NCBI RefSeq assembly: GCF_021869535.1
Contig: NW_026262712.1
Location: forward strand, 107,756,001 to 107,820,000
Direction: 5' to 3'
Length of the DNA stretch: 64,000 nt
Source of the DNA: Mytilus californianus
Taxonomy: Eukaryota
In this document: positions 25,340 through 38,292 of the stretch, piece after piece
Layout: every line of letters begins with the position of its first letter
How positions within the stretch are numbered: position 1 is the stretch's first letter
The notes under the pieces: model-generated
Database searches by the model: none
What the model was told of the DNA's origin: nothing
The model's input: only the letters and a program-made list of their open reading frames with translations
Program-made: the position numbers and the translations under genes

Positions 25340-25670
25340 AATAGACAACACCCTGGCCAAAAAAGATAAACGATGAAAAGAAAAGAAAACCAATTCGCGA
25401 AAGAGTTTTCTAAAAAAATCAAGATTAAGGCTCCGATTTCCATCCAAAATCAAAAGTAATCTAAAGTCCTGGGGAAAGATAAGTAGTTCCTTTTCCGCTA
25501 ACGGTACCTGTCGTGTTACTCAATGCAAGAACATATTCTATGATAAGTCGCATTTGGTAATGTCACAATCAAAGAAAAATAAAATTGGATTTGTAGCTAC
25601 GACAATTGGAATATACTCGTGCTCATCGGAGACACAGATATTACATTAGGTTCAACTAAATCATGACTAC
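25340..25670 (-). mobile_element. Older diverged copy of the same Penelope-like 3' end (partly shared at ~37760-37890)
   Basis: Recognisably similar to 24150-24460 but heavily mutated. Confidence 0.5.
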
Positions 25671-28600
25671 GTCAGAAAGATGAAAATTGTAAAAATTTGA
25701 CTTCTTTTATACAGAGTACTTTTACAATTTTTAGTTGGTTTGACATACACGGGGTTGTATTGACGATTTGAATATACGGAAAATTTCCATGACTAAAAAA
25801 ATATATCATTAACAAAGCAAAACCGGTTAGGACATCTTTCTTTTTCAATAATATACTTATTGATAAAGGTAATGATATTAGCATTCTTTTTTATGGAATT
25901 ATTTGATATTATTTGATATTGTTATAGGCCTACCTTCCATTCTAAAGCGGTGGTATATAGTGTTAGGAGAGTCCGTCAGTCCGTGTGCCTATCTGTCCCA
26001 CTTTTGTATCTACAACTGCTCCTGAACTGCTTGACATAATTATTTGAAACTTTCATAGATTCTTAATCACATACGGGAACCAATTGATTTTCGGGGGCGG
26101 GCGGGAGAGTTTCGAAAATGAATATTCTGTTCTGGTATGAACTGAAAAAAAATAACTTTGGCCAAGACAGGATGGAAATGAATATTCTGCAACACAATAT
26201 GCAGGAAAGAAAATGTGTAGAAAATTGAAGATAAATTAAAAAAAAAAAATTTTTACGCGGAAAATAAGCATGCATAGTTACAAATGAAAATGACTAGTTT
26301 AAACTGCAACAAATCCTCCTTATCAAATGTTAATCCCTTATGTACTTCTGCATCTCCTATTTCATTTCCTTAACTGAGTGATTCTTTGGGTTTACTTTGG
26401 GATTCATTTCTGAACACTATTAGTACACATTTGGAGGATACCAATTTTGTACCTGCAATTTTGGGGTTCCCTTACTGAAGCATTGACTTTGCAAGGATTG
26501 GGGGTATCATTTTTGAACTTTGCTCACGGTACCTCTTAGCCAGCAGAATTCCTTGGGGGCAAAATTATGTTATTAAATAGTTAAATTATGGAAAATGAAA
26601 AATGAACATGGAAGGAAAGAGGATACTGACTAACTTCTAGACTATAAGACTATATATTTGTTTCTTTTAAAGTCACGTTCGTAAGCCCCCCCCCCCCCCC
26701 CCCCCCCCCCTCTCCTCCCACACACATCGACGTTTCAGTGCTATGCCACTGCTATATCTAAAGAGTTGGCATCGTCAGTTGGAGATTTGACATAGGGCTC
26801 AGCCAGTAAACAGATATTAACGACTGCCAAAGCCCAAATTGAAGGTTGCAACTATTCACAGTCCCGTTATTCCTATTCTAATGCAAATTCAAAGCTTATG
26901 TAAAACTAGTAAAATTTTCATAATTTATTTCAAAATAAAATATCTAAATTATTCTAATAATTCAACAATGTTGTCAAGGATGCCGATTAGTCATATAACA
27001 TATGACTTCACATTCTTATTAATTTTTTAACGTTTTTATTCTGATATTTTCATATTTTTTCGGAATGCGGCACATGAATAGTTAAAAAAATAATTAGAAA
27101 AAAGGCAAAATAAGTAAAAAGAAAATATCAGAAATAAATAAGTGTAGAAATAATGCCCCCGAGGTCATATATTATAGGTCTATGACGCCGATCTGATATT
27201 AATTCATTTTCACAAGCTAAGGATTTGATCAAAAACATGAAATTGGCTATTTATATCCATCATAATCTATTGCAGTAACGATATGAAAAACGATCAAAAT
27301 ATTGTTCTTTTAAGTACTATTTCCTGTAGGTTCCTGAAGCTATCTCGGACTTCATTATCATTATATGTCCCTACAATGATGCAGTGATAAATAACAGAAA
27401 ATAGGGCATACAGATATTTGATTTTGGTATATGTAATATTTGATAACACCATATTAATATAATTGGATAGTATATATGCTATGTCATAAAATAAGTTCAA
27501 ATTTCTATTTCCTAAAAAAAAACTTCTATGATATTGAAAGCTATCATTTTTCAATTACCATAATATAAATGAAATATACCTCATCAGGGGTCAGAATGTA
27601 GCTAGGAAGGTCAGTAAGTATTAATCACGTAAGGATTAACTGGAGGCTGATGTTAAATGTCACATGCACTAACATATACTCCCCATGCATGTGGAATGGA
27701 AATGGGAGGTGGGAAGGAGGTGCTTTGTGATTCAGTCTTTTTCAGATGTGTAAAGAATCTCTCAATAGCACTTGAATAAAAATAAGGAGATGCAGTATGA
27801 TTGCCAATGAGACAACTATTCACCTGACTATCAAATGACGTGAATATAGGTAAACATAGTTTACATGTCTATGATCTAGTGATTAAAACAAACTTCATCT
27901 TCAGCTAGAAGTGAACGGGGAATTTTGATTTTGCGTTGGGTGGGTGTTGAAGATTTGTTTGGGTTAATTTATTTCTGATGACTTCTTTTTGATATCATAA
28001 AGCAATCACACTAATTTAAAAATTACAAATGTTTATACATATATATATATTTGATAACTTATGATAATAAAAATACATTCAATGCATTTTACTGAATTTG
28101 AAATGTCAAACTTTAAGGCCATATTTATTCTTTTTGGTGAAAATGGTAATTGTAAAAGTATACCTCAATTAACGGACTTTGATATTCAAATTGCCGCATG
28201 ATCGGTTATACTTAAGAAGATATCATTACTTAAGAAGATGAACTCAGATGCCAATAAATGGGGGATTAAGTAGAAAAACTTTTTAATATTTAGATCTAGC
28301 AACTGGTATTACAGACTTCACTAGCTTATCCACAAGATTTTAAAAAAAAATTTAAGCAGGCAGGTTTTGGAAATATTTTTGAAAGTTTTAAATGTTTTAT
28401 AATATCTTTCTACTAATCCTAGATTATTTTAATTAATTCTTACAAAATCCTGATAGTATTTCAGCACTGCCTCTAATTTTCTTTGTATTTGAAAAGTTGA
28501 GACCTGCCAGTTTGATGTCTGTTGAGAACCATTGTTCATGTTGCTGTTGTTGTAGCCCCTTTCCATCAAATGACCATGGATAGTTGTCTCATTACACAGC

Positions 28601-29024
28601 ATCTCCTTGTGTATTTTTTTCATATTAAATTGACTTTTGTTGTCTTTTTGGTTGGTAGAAAAGATTAGTATGATGCTTATTCTTGATTTAAAAACTAACA
28701 ACTTTAATTCCAAAGGGTGTAAATGAAAAGTAATATCAAGACTTTAAGAATTAAAATCTATATATATAAACCTCATTAGACTTGAGCAACACATCAATCT
28801 AGGTAACAACAAATAATTATAGCCTACCATTCACAATAGAGAAGCTTGCATGTGAGGTGAAATATATTCTGTTTTTACTAGCATTATTTACCATTTCATT
28901 ATGTTATTCCGAACAAATGGCATATATCTCTTGCTCCGTTTGTTTTTTCGATTATCAATATTCTTCCAATGCTTTTTGTCTTTGCGATTTCTCAGGTTCT
29001 ATTGGACCAATCTTCATGAAAGTA

Positions 29025-29400
29025 CAGTCAAACCTGCCTTAACGGCCACCTCGTTTCAACGGTCACCTGCCTCTAACTGCCACTTTCAGATCTTCCCAAA
29101 CGTTTTCTCTATGAAATTTAACACTTTTAAACAGTCACCTGTCTAACGCGGTCTGCGGTCACCTAATTGTACCACGAAATCGTCATTTCAATTTTTAACA
29201 ACGGCCATTTTAATTTTTTTGACAACCAAAATATAATCATGACGATAAATATATGTGTTCAGTATCGAGGTCAGAATGAGGATTGAAGCCCGTTTGTAAC
29301 CGAGATCGTGCAAATAGGATATGATGTGTCAGTCTCCATTAAAAACCGTATCATCGACTTATTTATCCACGAATATTAGCTATTTCGAATGTTTTCCTCA
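29025..29400 (+). mobile_element. One-ended pogo/Tigger-like DNA transposon fragment
   Basis: TA|CAGTCAAACCTG terminus followed by repeated cggtcacct motifs. No right TIR found; right boundary approximate. Confidence 0.5.
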
Positions 29401-32400
29401 GGTTGTAGGTACCAGTTTTGGTGTACTAGAATATGTGTCCCACACAGAAATGTTGTTATAGTTAAGTAATGAAGAATTTTATTGCATACACAGATTGGGG
29501 ATTTCCTTTACATGTGGGACCAATCAGAAGTCAAAATTGGGTCTCTTCTCTTGATTTCATCCAATCAAAGTAGGTAAAAAATTCAGTTTTATGTGAACAA
29601 AATATCTTGAGAGTTTGGTGGTAAGGCTAGGTGCGGATAAGGCTCTAATTCATTGGATACTATTTATCTCTTTAAATTTGTGTAGCAGGATTCTGAAGGT
29701 GAGGATTAGATTTGTATCAGGGCATCACATTTTTTTTGCCTTACTTGCAATGCATTTATAAATTTTAAAATCTCCATGCTGGACAGAGACCCAAATTCAC
29801 AGGTTTTCTATATATTCACGTAAGCACGCACACATCTTAGTTACCCGAACAATACATTGTATTTGCATATTAGCTTTAATGCTTTTTCAGGAATATTAAA
29901 TCATAAATCCATGAAATTCTAAAGATTTATTATAAAATAACTGGTTTCTGCCACCTTAAGGATAAACCTGATTTTGTATATGATCAAATGTGCTTTTGTA
30001 GGAGTTCTACAGGTGTGTGATGTTATATTTCTTTTATTCACAGCCAATGTATAGGCCTGTTTGCAAGCATATAGTTTTTTCATAGATTTAAAGAATTATC
30101 AAATATCAAGATAGATAACTCTGTATCCCATGACAAACAATGACATTCAATTGATAAGTGTTAAAATGATTATGTTCACCATAGAATGATTTATAATCAT
30201 AAAACATAAAGAAGAAGCATTTGCAAAGAGTAAAATAAGTAATATAAGTCTCAGCATAATACTAGAAAAGCTGATTATACTGTTTATTACCTGTTTAAAT
30301 GATTAATTTCACATGACTTGAACATTGTTTTTTTTACTTTTTTACTCTGAAAATATGAATTCTTCTTTTTTTATAGGTCTACTACAAAGTTAATGCTGTA
30401 GGAACGGCCAAAGAAATATAAAAACTGGTCTGTCCCATCAGGAATAGTGTGACAATTCTAAAATTTCATCATGCGGCCTACACAGCAGTCTCTTATGTGG
30501 AGAAGAGATGAGAGTGATTGCGAATAAATGTACACTTAGTTTAGTGCATCATGGATCGGCAAAGTGATACCAACGAAATTAATTTATTCATAACTAGATA
30601 TAGGAAGATGTGGTATGAGTGCCAATGAGACAACTCTCCATCCAAGTTACAATTTATAAAAGTAAACCATTATAGGTCAAGGTACGGCCTTCAACATAAG
30701 CTATTTTAAGTACTGCAGTCGACAGAACAATGAAAGTCACAAGATTAAAGCTTATTTAATACTTCGAACAATAGAAAAATACTTCCCGAGATCAGCTGTA
30801 AAATGGTTTTATATCACGCATATAACAATAAACTCAAGTATTTTTGAGGTCTGTTGGATAAATCATTCATACACTTTATCAAAAAACTCATATGATAGAC
30901 TTTTTTGAATTTGAACACAATCATTTTAAATTTGTTTTATATGTTCAAAACAGCTTGACGACAATTGACAAAAATATTGCTTTGATAAATTTGGTCTAAC
31001 CAAGTCTATGTATGATTTTTTTTATGATGTAACCAATTGCACTGTATGCATTTTTAATAGTAAATGACTGCAGAACTCTAACAGACTAAAAATTAAAATA
31101 TATTCTTTTCAATAAGTGGCTAAAGGTGGCAAGTATCAGTTTTGGTGTACCAGAACATGTGTCTCGCGCAGAAATTTTGTTATAGTTAAGTAATGAAGTA
31201 TAGAATTGCATCATGTGGACTGAAAAAAAACCCCAAATGAATGTAAATTGTAGGCTATTGTACTACATTAGTAAGTAGTTGCATACACAGATTGGGGATT
31301 TCCTTCACACATGGGACCAATCAGATGTAAAAATTGGGGTCTCCTCTCTTGATTTCCTCCAATCAAAGTAGGGAAAAAATTCAGTTTTATGTAAAAAAAA
31401 AATCTTGAGATTTTGATGGTAAGGAGAAGTGCGGACAAGGCTCTAATTCATTGAATAAATTTGATTAAAAGTCTTCCCTGCCATTATGCCAATCAATGGG
31501 GGATTAAGTGGAAAACTGTTTAATATTTAGGTCCAGCAACTGGTATTACAGAATTCACTAGCTTATTCCAAGATTTTTAAAAAAATTTAAGCAGGCAGGT
31601 TTTAGAAATATTTTTGAAAGTTTGGAATGTTTTATAATATCTTTCTACTGTCCTTGACTATCTATATTAAATACTATAAATCCTGATAGTATTTCAGCAC
31701 TGTCTCTAATTTTCTTTGTAATTGAAAGTTGAGACCTGCCAGTTCAACTTCTTTTGAGAACCATTGTTCATGTTGCTGTTGTTGTAGCTCCTTTTCATTA
31801 AATGACGATGGATAGTTGTCTCATTACACAGCAGCTCCTTGTTTATTATTTTAATATTAAATTGACTTTTGTAGTCGTTTTGGTTGGTAGAAAAGATTAG
31901 TATGATGCTTATTCTTGATCTGAAAACTGACAACTTTAATTCCAAAGGGTGTAAATGTAAAGTAATATCAAGACTTTAAGAATTAAAATCTATATGAAAA
32001 CCTTATTAGACTTGAGCAAAACATCCATCTAGGTAACAACAAATAATTTGAGCTGACCATTCACAATAGAGAAGCTTGCATGTAAGGTGAAATATATTCC
32101 GTTTTTACTAGCATTATGTACCAATGTATTTAATGAATCTTCACCACCATGTTAATTTGCATATGTAGAAGTGGCATTCGACTTTGGAATTTTCAAAATG
32201 GCTGCCGTGTAGTGGCAATTGGCGGGGTGACATCCGCTATTGCTTGCAATGGTAATTCAAGTTCTAATTGTTGTTGCATAACTTTTAGATATTGTATGCT
32301 TTCACTTGTCTGTGTAGTATTGTTACTGTTAACAATATGAACACTTTATTGACCAGAAGTATTCAACAAACAGCTGTTGCTACTTTTGCCAACAATCAAA

Positions 32401-33384
32401 AGCAGCAAACACATTTTGACTCAGCTTTCAAGATTAAATGCCATATTATTTTTCTTTGTTCACATTAATCAACTTGTTGATAGCTGGACTGTGCAGAATG
32501 TATTCATCATTAGAATACAGGGGTTGACTGAGGTAAAGCAATGTGTTCACCCCATGGTTTTCTTCCGACCGACAATGAAACCCTTGCCAAAGTGGGGCCT
32601 CCATTTGGCTGTACGTGATGTATACAATTGCAGCCACGTCCGGTCAGAATTGGGACATTAATTCCGATGCCTCGCGTAGAGGTAGTACTACGCTCTTTAC
32701 ACGCTAGGAAACGTTGCAACAACTCTTTGGGGGTCTGTAGGTTGCCAGTTGCAAGGCTAAATTTCTATCCCTATCCAATATACACTCATTTCTTAGTGGT
32801 ATTCCACAATTCCCGCCAATCATATCGATAAACTCCCTATTGCAGAGCCTACCTATTGTGTTTATTGTTAATTTGTTCTCGTCCTGAACATGTATAAGAT
32901 ATTTTCCACTAGGCGTAAAGCAAACAACAATCAATCAATCTTCACATGATAGAAAAAGTCAATACGCATAATCAGGAGACATTTTTTTCTAAGTATGATA
33001 TTACCAGAACAGTACAATTTTCATCTTCACAATGTTGCTTCCAAAATCAGATTGTAATAAAATGAGTTTTTAAGGAAATTTCCTACAAAATAACACAAAT
33101 TTACAGAAACATAATGATTATCTTTGGCTGATACCTGCTTGAAAAAAACGCAAAATTTGAAAATAACGGAACATACACCTACTTATACCAACATACAAAA
33201 ACAATGTATGCATAATTTAACAAATCTTCCACATGTGACATCTGCCGATGTATAATAAGTAAAGGGTATGCGGAAAACATAACTTAAAAGATATTCTAGG
33301 AAAGGCAGTAAAGTAATATTGAAAACAAATATAATCGTATATCTTTTCACAGTTTTATTCTTACATAGAGACGTAAATAATAGT

Positions 33385-34575
33385 ATGGCGAATAACACTG
33401 ATTATGTTCAGGTTCTTTGGGAGCTGAAATACTCCGATCTCGCTTTAAGCAGTACCATTCTAATAATAATCGGATGTATCGTTGGAATCATAGGGAATGG
33501 TTCAGTTATAATATGTTACTTCTTTCGGATTCAAGAAAGAGGAGAGCGTTATTTTATTCCGGTGTTGGCAGTCGTAGACTTAGTTGCTTGTATAACAAGT
33601 TCTATCTTCTACGTGATGGATAATACATTTTTCTTCAGTTATCCCCATGATTTGATGTGTCGTATTCTGACATTTTTGCAGCTACTTGTACCAGCGACTT
33701 CGGCAAGTTTATTAGTCATAATTAGTGTTCAAAGATATCTTTTAGTTTGCAAACCTCACGTACCAAAGATGACATTACGTTTGAAAAGGATTTCAATTGG
33801 TGTCGCATGCTTGTTTACTTTATCTTACTCTGCACCGATGCTTGCGATATCTGGAATTAAAACATCAAATGAAACGTTTCAGAATCATACAATACAAATT
33901 ACAGTCTGTAAATTTTCAACAGCAGAAACTTCAGCTAAGATAACAGTGTACTTCGGTTTTCTTCTTTTGTTAACGATTATCAGTACTCTGATAACCATAG
34001 GTTTGTTCATACCAGTTTTGAAGACGATAAAACTCTCCCTTCTTGGGAAATTCAGAAATTGGCGTAAGTCAAGTAAACACAGGAAAAAACCACCTAATAC
34101 TGATTCGGCGTCAACAAAAGATATAGAACTGGGGAAATACGTAGGAAAAAATCCTGAAATTCAGATCCTTGAAAAATCAAGCTCAAATCCAAGTATTGAT
34201 ACATCCTCTACTTTGAGAGGTGATATTAATAAACCAGTAAATACTTTAACAACCGAGGACAGTGAAAGAATAAAAAAGGAAAAGGCAACAAGAAGAATAA
34301 CAATTATGTTTTTTGTCATCATTGTTGCTTATGTTTTATCTTATATTCCTGCGTTAATCATTTTAATTTTAGTATATGCTGTTGGTGATCTCAATAATTT
34401 TATTTCTATATCCAGAGAGGCAGCATTTGTTTGTACTTACCTTGCTCGTTTTGTGTTTCTAAACCATATTGTCAATCCCTTTATATACAGTTACTTCGAT
34501 GAGAAGTTTAGAACAGAATTGAGAAAGTTATTTACACAGGTAAATGAATACTGGATGGTACAAAATGATAAATAA
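33385..34575 (+). CDS. Class A (rhodopsin-like) GPCR, single coding exon, 396 aa (GPCR-2)
   Basis: Paralog of 21561-22739 with the same motifs. The ATG at 33385 aligns with the GPCR-1 start; the listed TTG extension is not supported. Confidence 0.95.
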   Translation: MANNTDYVQVLWELKYSDLALSSTILIIIGCIVGIIGNGSVIICYFFRIQERGERYFIPVLAVVDLVACITSSIFYVMDNTFFFSYPHDLMCRILTFLQLLVPATSASLLVIISVQRYLLVCKPHVPKMTLRLKRISIGVACLFTLSYSAPMLAISGIKTSNETFQNHTIQITVCKFSTAETSAKITVYFGFLLLLTIISTLITIGLFIPVLKTIKLSLLGKFRNWRKSSKHRKKPPNTDSASTKDIELGKYVGKNPEIQILEKSSSNPSIDTSSTLRGDINKPVNTLTTEDSERIKKEKATRRITIMFFVIIVAYVLSYIPALIILILVYAVGDLNNFISISREAAFVCTYLARFVFLNHIVNPFIYSYFDEKFRTELRKLFTQVNEYWMVQNDK

Positions 34576-36307
34576 AGTGTAAAGGCACAGTTGGATTGAG
34601 AAATTGTGTTGATTTATTCAATCATAAACACGTTAACTAGATTTCAAGAGACTCAATTTCACTGCCTATTTTGGTTGAGGCATTTTGACTGATTTTAATA
34701 TAATAACCTTCTTACTGTCAACGTTAACGGTAAACTCTTTTCATGTTGCAATAAATGGAACCTTTCAAATAATAAAAATGTAGATGTAAATATTGCTGAG
34801 AGAGATGTGTCAAACACAGTTTATTCGAGTATCCGAGAATTTGCCATCGAGTGTTCGGTCTTCAGAGCGAGTACTTGTCAGGAATATGGTTGGTCACTTA
34901 AAAGAAAATGGTTAAATTAAGATTACTTTGCTAATTTTATGAAATTCAGTAACATAACAATTACTCCTAAATTCAAATGTAATCGATTACATTTAATGGA
35001 TTACTTTTTTTTTAAAGTACATAAAAACGAAAGAAAAAAAACCCGCTAATTTGTGTGAAAAGTTGTGTTTTTAATATTTTTAATATATATATAGTATATA
35101 TGTTATTAAGACCTTAAATCAGGAGCAGTGTAATATTAGTATTGTTTGATAGCATAAGAAAATGGCATTTCTCTATCAAAGAAATAACATTGTTTTTAAA
35201 TTATGAATATTTAGCAAATAGGGACTTTTTAATGATCTAGTATCTTTATTGTCTGTGGAGACATACTTGACGTTTTCATATGTATTTACAGGTGCTAATC
35301 CCATTTTCAAACTCAAATTTTATGACAACCAATAGGTGAGTGTGGGTAATAAAAGTAAATCATATCAACGATAATCAATAAAGTTATATGTAATTTATTT
35401 TCATCATGTACATGTTTGCATGAAAATTTTAATATTTCGTATTTAGAAAACATATATTCAACTTTTTATAGAACACAAAATTCATAAAAAATGTTAAACC
35501 AAAAAAAAAAAGGTTCTAAATTCCATTACTTTTTAAGTGGGGTCATTTATGTCAATCATCAAAGTCAAAAATGGAATTAACTCCCCCCAAAATATGTGCT
35601 TTGCTGTTAAATGTCCAGGAAGTTATGACAAAATATTGTGTTAACTAAAATTGACGTTGTTATCAAAAGTTGTCCTTCAGGAAACACAAAATATTCTCAG
35701 TGCAGATATTTTATATTACAAGAACTCAATCTCAAAATGAAACATTTGGACTAGTCAATTCATTAAGTGTACTGTTGTCAAAATAGATCACACAATTTCA
35801 CTGCACATGTCTTAAGCGTGGTTATACTGATTTATACTGGTTATACTGTTGCAGGGGATGAAATCTACTCCAATTCGTTACATCCACATTTCCAATGGTA
35901 GTCTTAACTTCATGTAGACTCCCGCTCTACCTTGGATAACCTATTTATTATTAATTTGTTCTCTCTGTTTGGTTCTGAATATGCACGAACTGTTTGCCAC
36001 TGTACTTTAAAGCAACAATCAATCAATCACTCAATCAATCAATCTGAGGGATGCAAAATAATCGTAAATGATCAATTGCAGTGATATATGAAATATTTCA
36101 CCGTCAGCTGTGATGTGTATCACTATTATGTATATATTGTATTGTAATGTGACAACTATTATGTATATATGATATTGTAATCATTCTTAAATATAATTAC
36201 CTTTTCAGCTTATTTTTTTCCTTAAGCCTGTATTTACCAGTACAAAAATAACGTTAACATACCACATTATTATTAAGACGAGAATTCGTATAATTCAAAT
36301 TAATAAA

Positions 36308-36974
36308 TAAGAATTATAATATGACGTTCCTCAAACGCTTTAAGTACACACCCGTGGTAAAATATGAATATATTGATATGTCAGCTGATCCTCAACGTCT
36401 TGTATTGTTTAGGCTGTTCCAATCTTACTCCCGCGTCGTTTGCTTTTTATGAATGAATTACCTGAGATTAGATGTGTAAACGACGTCATTGAACGATGAC
36501 GTAAGGATATAAGCATTCTACGGGAAAATGCACGAATTTGAAACTGATAGTCGCCAAAACATGAAAACATAAGAGACAATGATAAGTATTTGTTGAAAGT
36601 CCATTTTCTTAAATAAATGTAAGATAATCAATCAATTTCGTCGAAACCTGTCTTAGTATGTTATTGTAAATCATTTAAGCATGTCAGTTATTCAGTTTTC
36701 TTCGTATTTTACGTCAATATTAATAGTGTGTTCAATCACGGGAACAGCAAACATTTCCCTTCATCTAGAGCGCTTCGAAACAAAAGAATTGCTGTCTTTG
36801 TCCTATTATAATAGAAATAATTCATTGGGGATTGAATCTATATTGATTTTATCACGTGTTGGCCCTTTATGCAAAATATTTTACCAAGAGCGATAGCGAG
36901 GGGTAAAATATCAGCATAAAGGGATAACCCGTGGTAAAATCGATATAAATTCAAGCTCCCATGAATTATTTCTT
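36308..36974 (+). mobile_element. Element with a ~165-bp terminal palindrome (family P3)
   Basis: Palindrome 36811-36976 with apex GA-GC-GATA-GC-GA (36888-36899). The whole segment is absent from the paralogous site at ~24910-24925. Confidence 0.75.
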
Positions 36975-37084
36975 AAACAATCTGCAATAATGGTTAAGGT
37001 ACACTCATTGCAAAAAATGTCATAACAAACCGTAATTTGTAACGGTGCAGAAACAAGAGATCTTTTACGATACCTTAAGTATTT

Positions 37085-37480
37085 TTATTTATTATATACT
37101 TAGTACTAAATACATGATAAACTGTATGTGTAGTACAATTAATGGCAATCGTGCTGTATCAAGCATCCGTGATGATATCGATATCAGTCACGGTTGCAAA
37201 AGCTTTATCAAACCCCTAAACTCTATGACGTCACGTCATCGATATCAGTCACGGTTGTAAAGGCTTTATCAAACCACTAATCTGAATTACACTATCTCAC
37301 GTGAAAAAAAACCCATCTACTTGAAGTATATAATAAAGTGTATATGATATGGCTTATTAATATCACACCCCGTATCAACCCTCAACCAATATAATCCCTC
37401 GAGCAGAGCTCTTGGGATTATATTAGTGTCTCGGATTGATACGAGTGTGATATTGAAAAAGCCATATGATATTCTCTATG
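37085..37480 (+). mobile_element. TIR-less palindromic element family P1, copy 2
   Basis: Same termini and hairpin as 4470-4912. Absent from the paralogous site at ~25020-25035. Confidence 0.78.
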
Positions 37481-38292
37481 TATCAAATTGCTTTACAAAA
37501 AAAAAAAAAAAAAAAAAATAACAAAACATACCAATAGTGTTTCAAACTGTAGATAAACAATTTCAAAATATAAACATAACGATTAAAACATATATCAATA
37601 ATTTTATTATTACAAAAAGGATTTTAAAAAGCCGTTTTCTTAAATTGTTCACTAAACTAATGATTTTAACATCAAAAGCTTGTAAGATACCATTTTATTT
37701 GGAGACTTTCTGAAAAGGCATAACAAATGGTCAATTAACTCATTGCAAGAAAAAAGTCTGTTACAAGTCGCATTCGGTAATAACACAATTGAGGAAAATA
37801 AAACAAGGATTGTAGCTACAAGTGGAACATATCAGTTCTCATCTGAGTCATAGATATTCCATTGGGTTCATCCAAATCATTATTACGTCAGAAAGATGAA
37901 AATTGCTTCAACAATAAACACCTATATTTGTAAAACCTTGTTTCAAGTTTGACAATTTTATGATATCTATATTTTTGTATAAAAGCATTTAAGTGATGAA
38001 AATTTTATTTGTCTCATTAAAATCCGAGTAGTTACTGCATTGCAGTACAAAACATATCGAAGCAGCTGAAATATACCCTCCATTAGAAAAAAAAAAAGAA
38101 CAGAAGGAAAATGAGATTTGCTTTGGCTCCTTTGGTATCTTATAAGGTATGAATTATCTTTCAATAAGAAATTTGGACGCATATGGGTGAGAATGGGGAT
38201 TAAAACATGTATTCAATTTTAAGTTTTCATATAAATTATCTTAATTACAAAAAAATAATTTACAGACCACAATGTTTAAAGTCCTGGCATGC

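Noticed and set aside
28429-28713. Paralogous ORFs MELKLLVFKSRIS... (also 31706-31945)
   Set aside because: Duplicated AT-rich non-coding block with frameshifts between copies and a different frame at 18961-19209; no recognisable domain.
33319-33384. 22-aa N-terminal extension of GPCR-2 from a TTG start
   Set aside because: Not conserved as an open frame in GPCR-1. The ATG at 33385 aligns with the paralog starts, and the extension looks like an intron 3' end or UTR.
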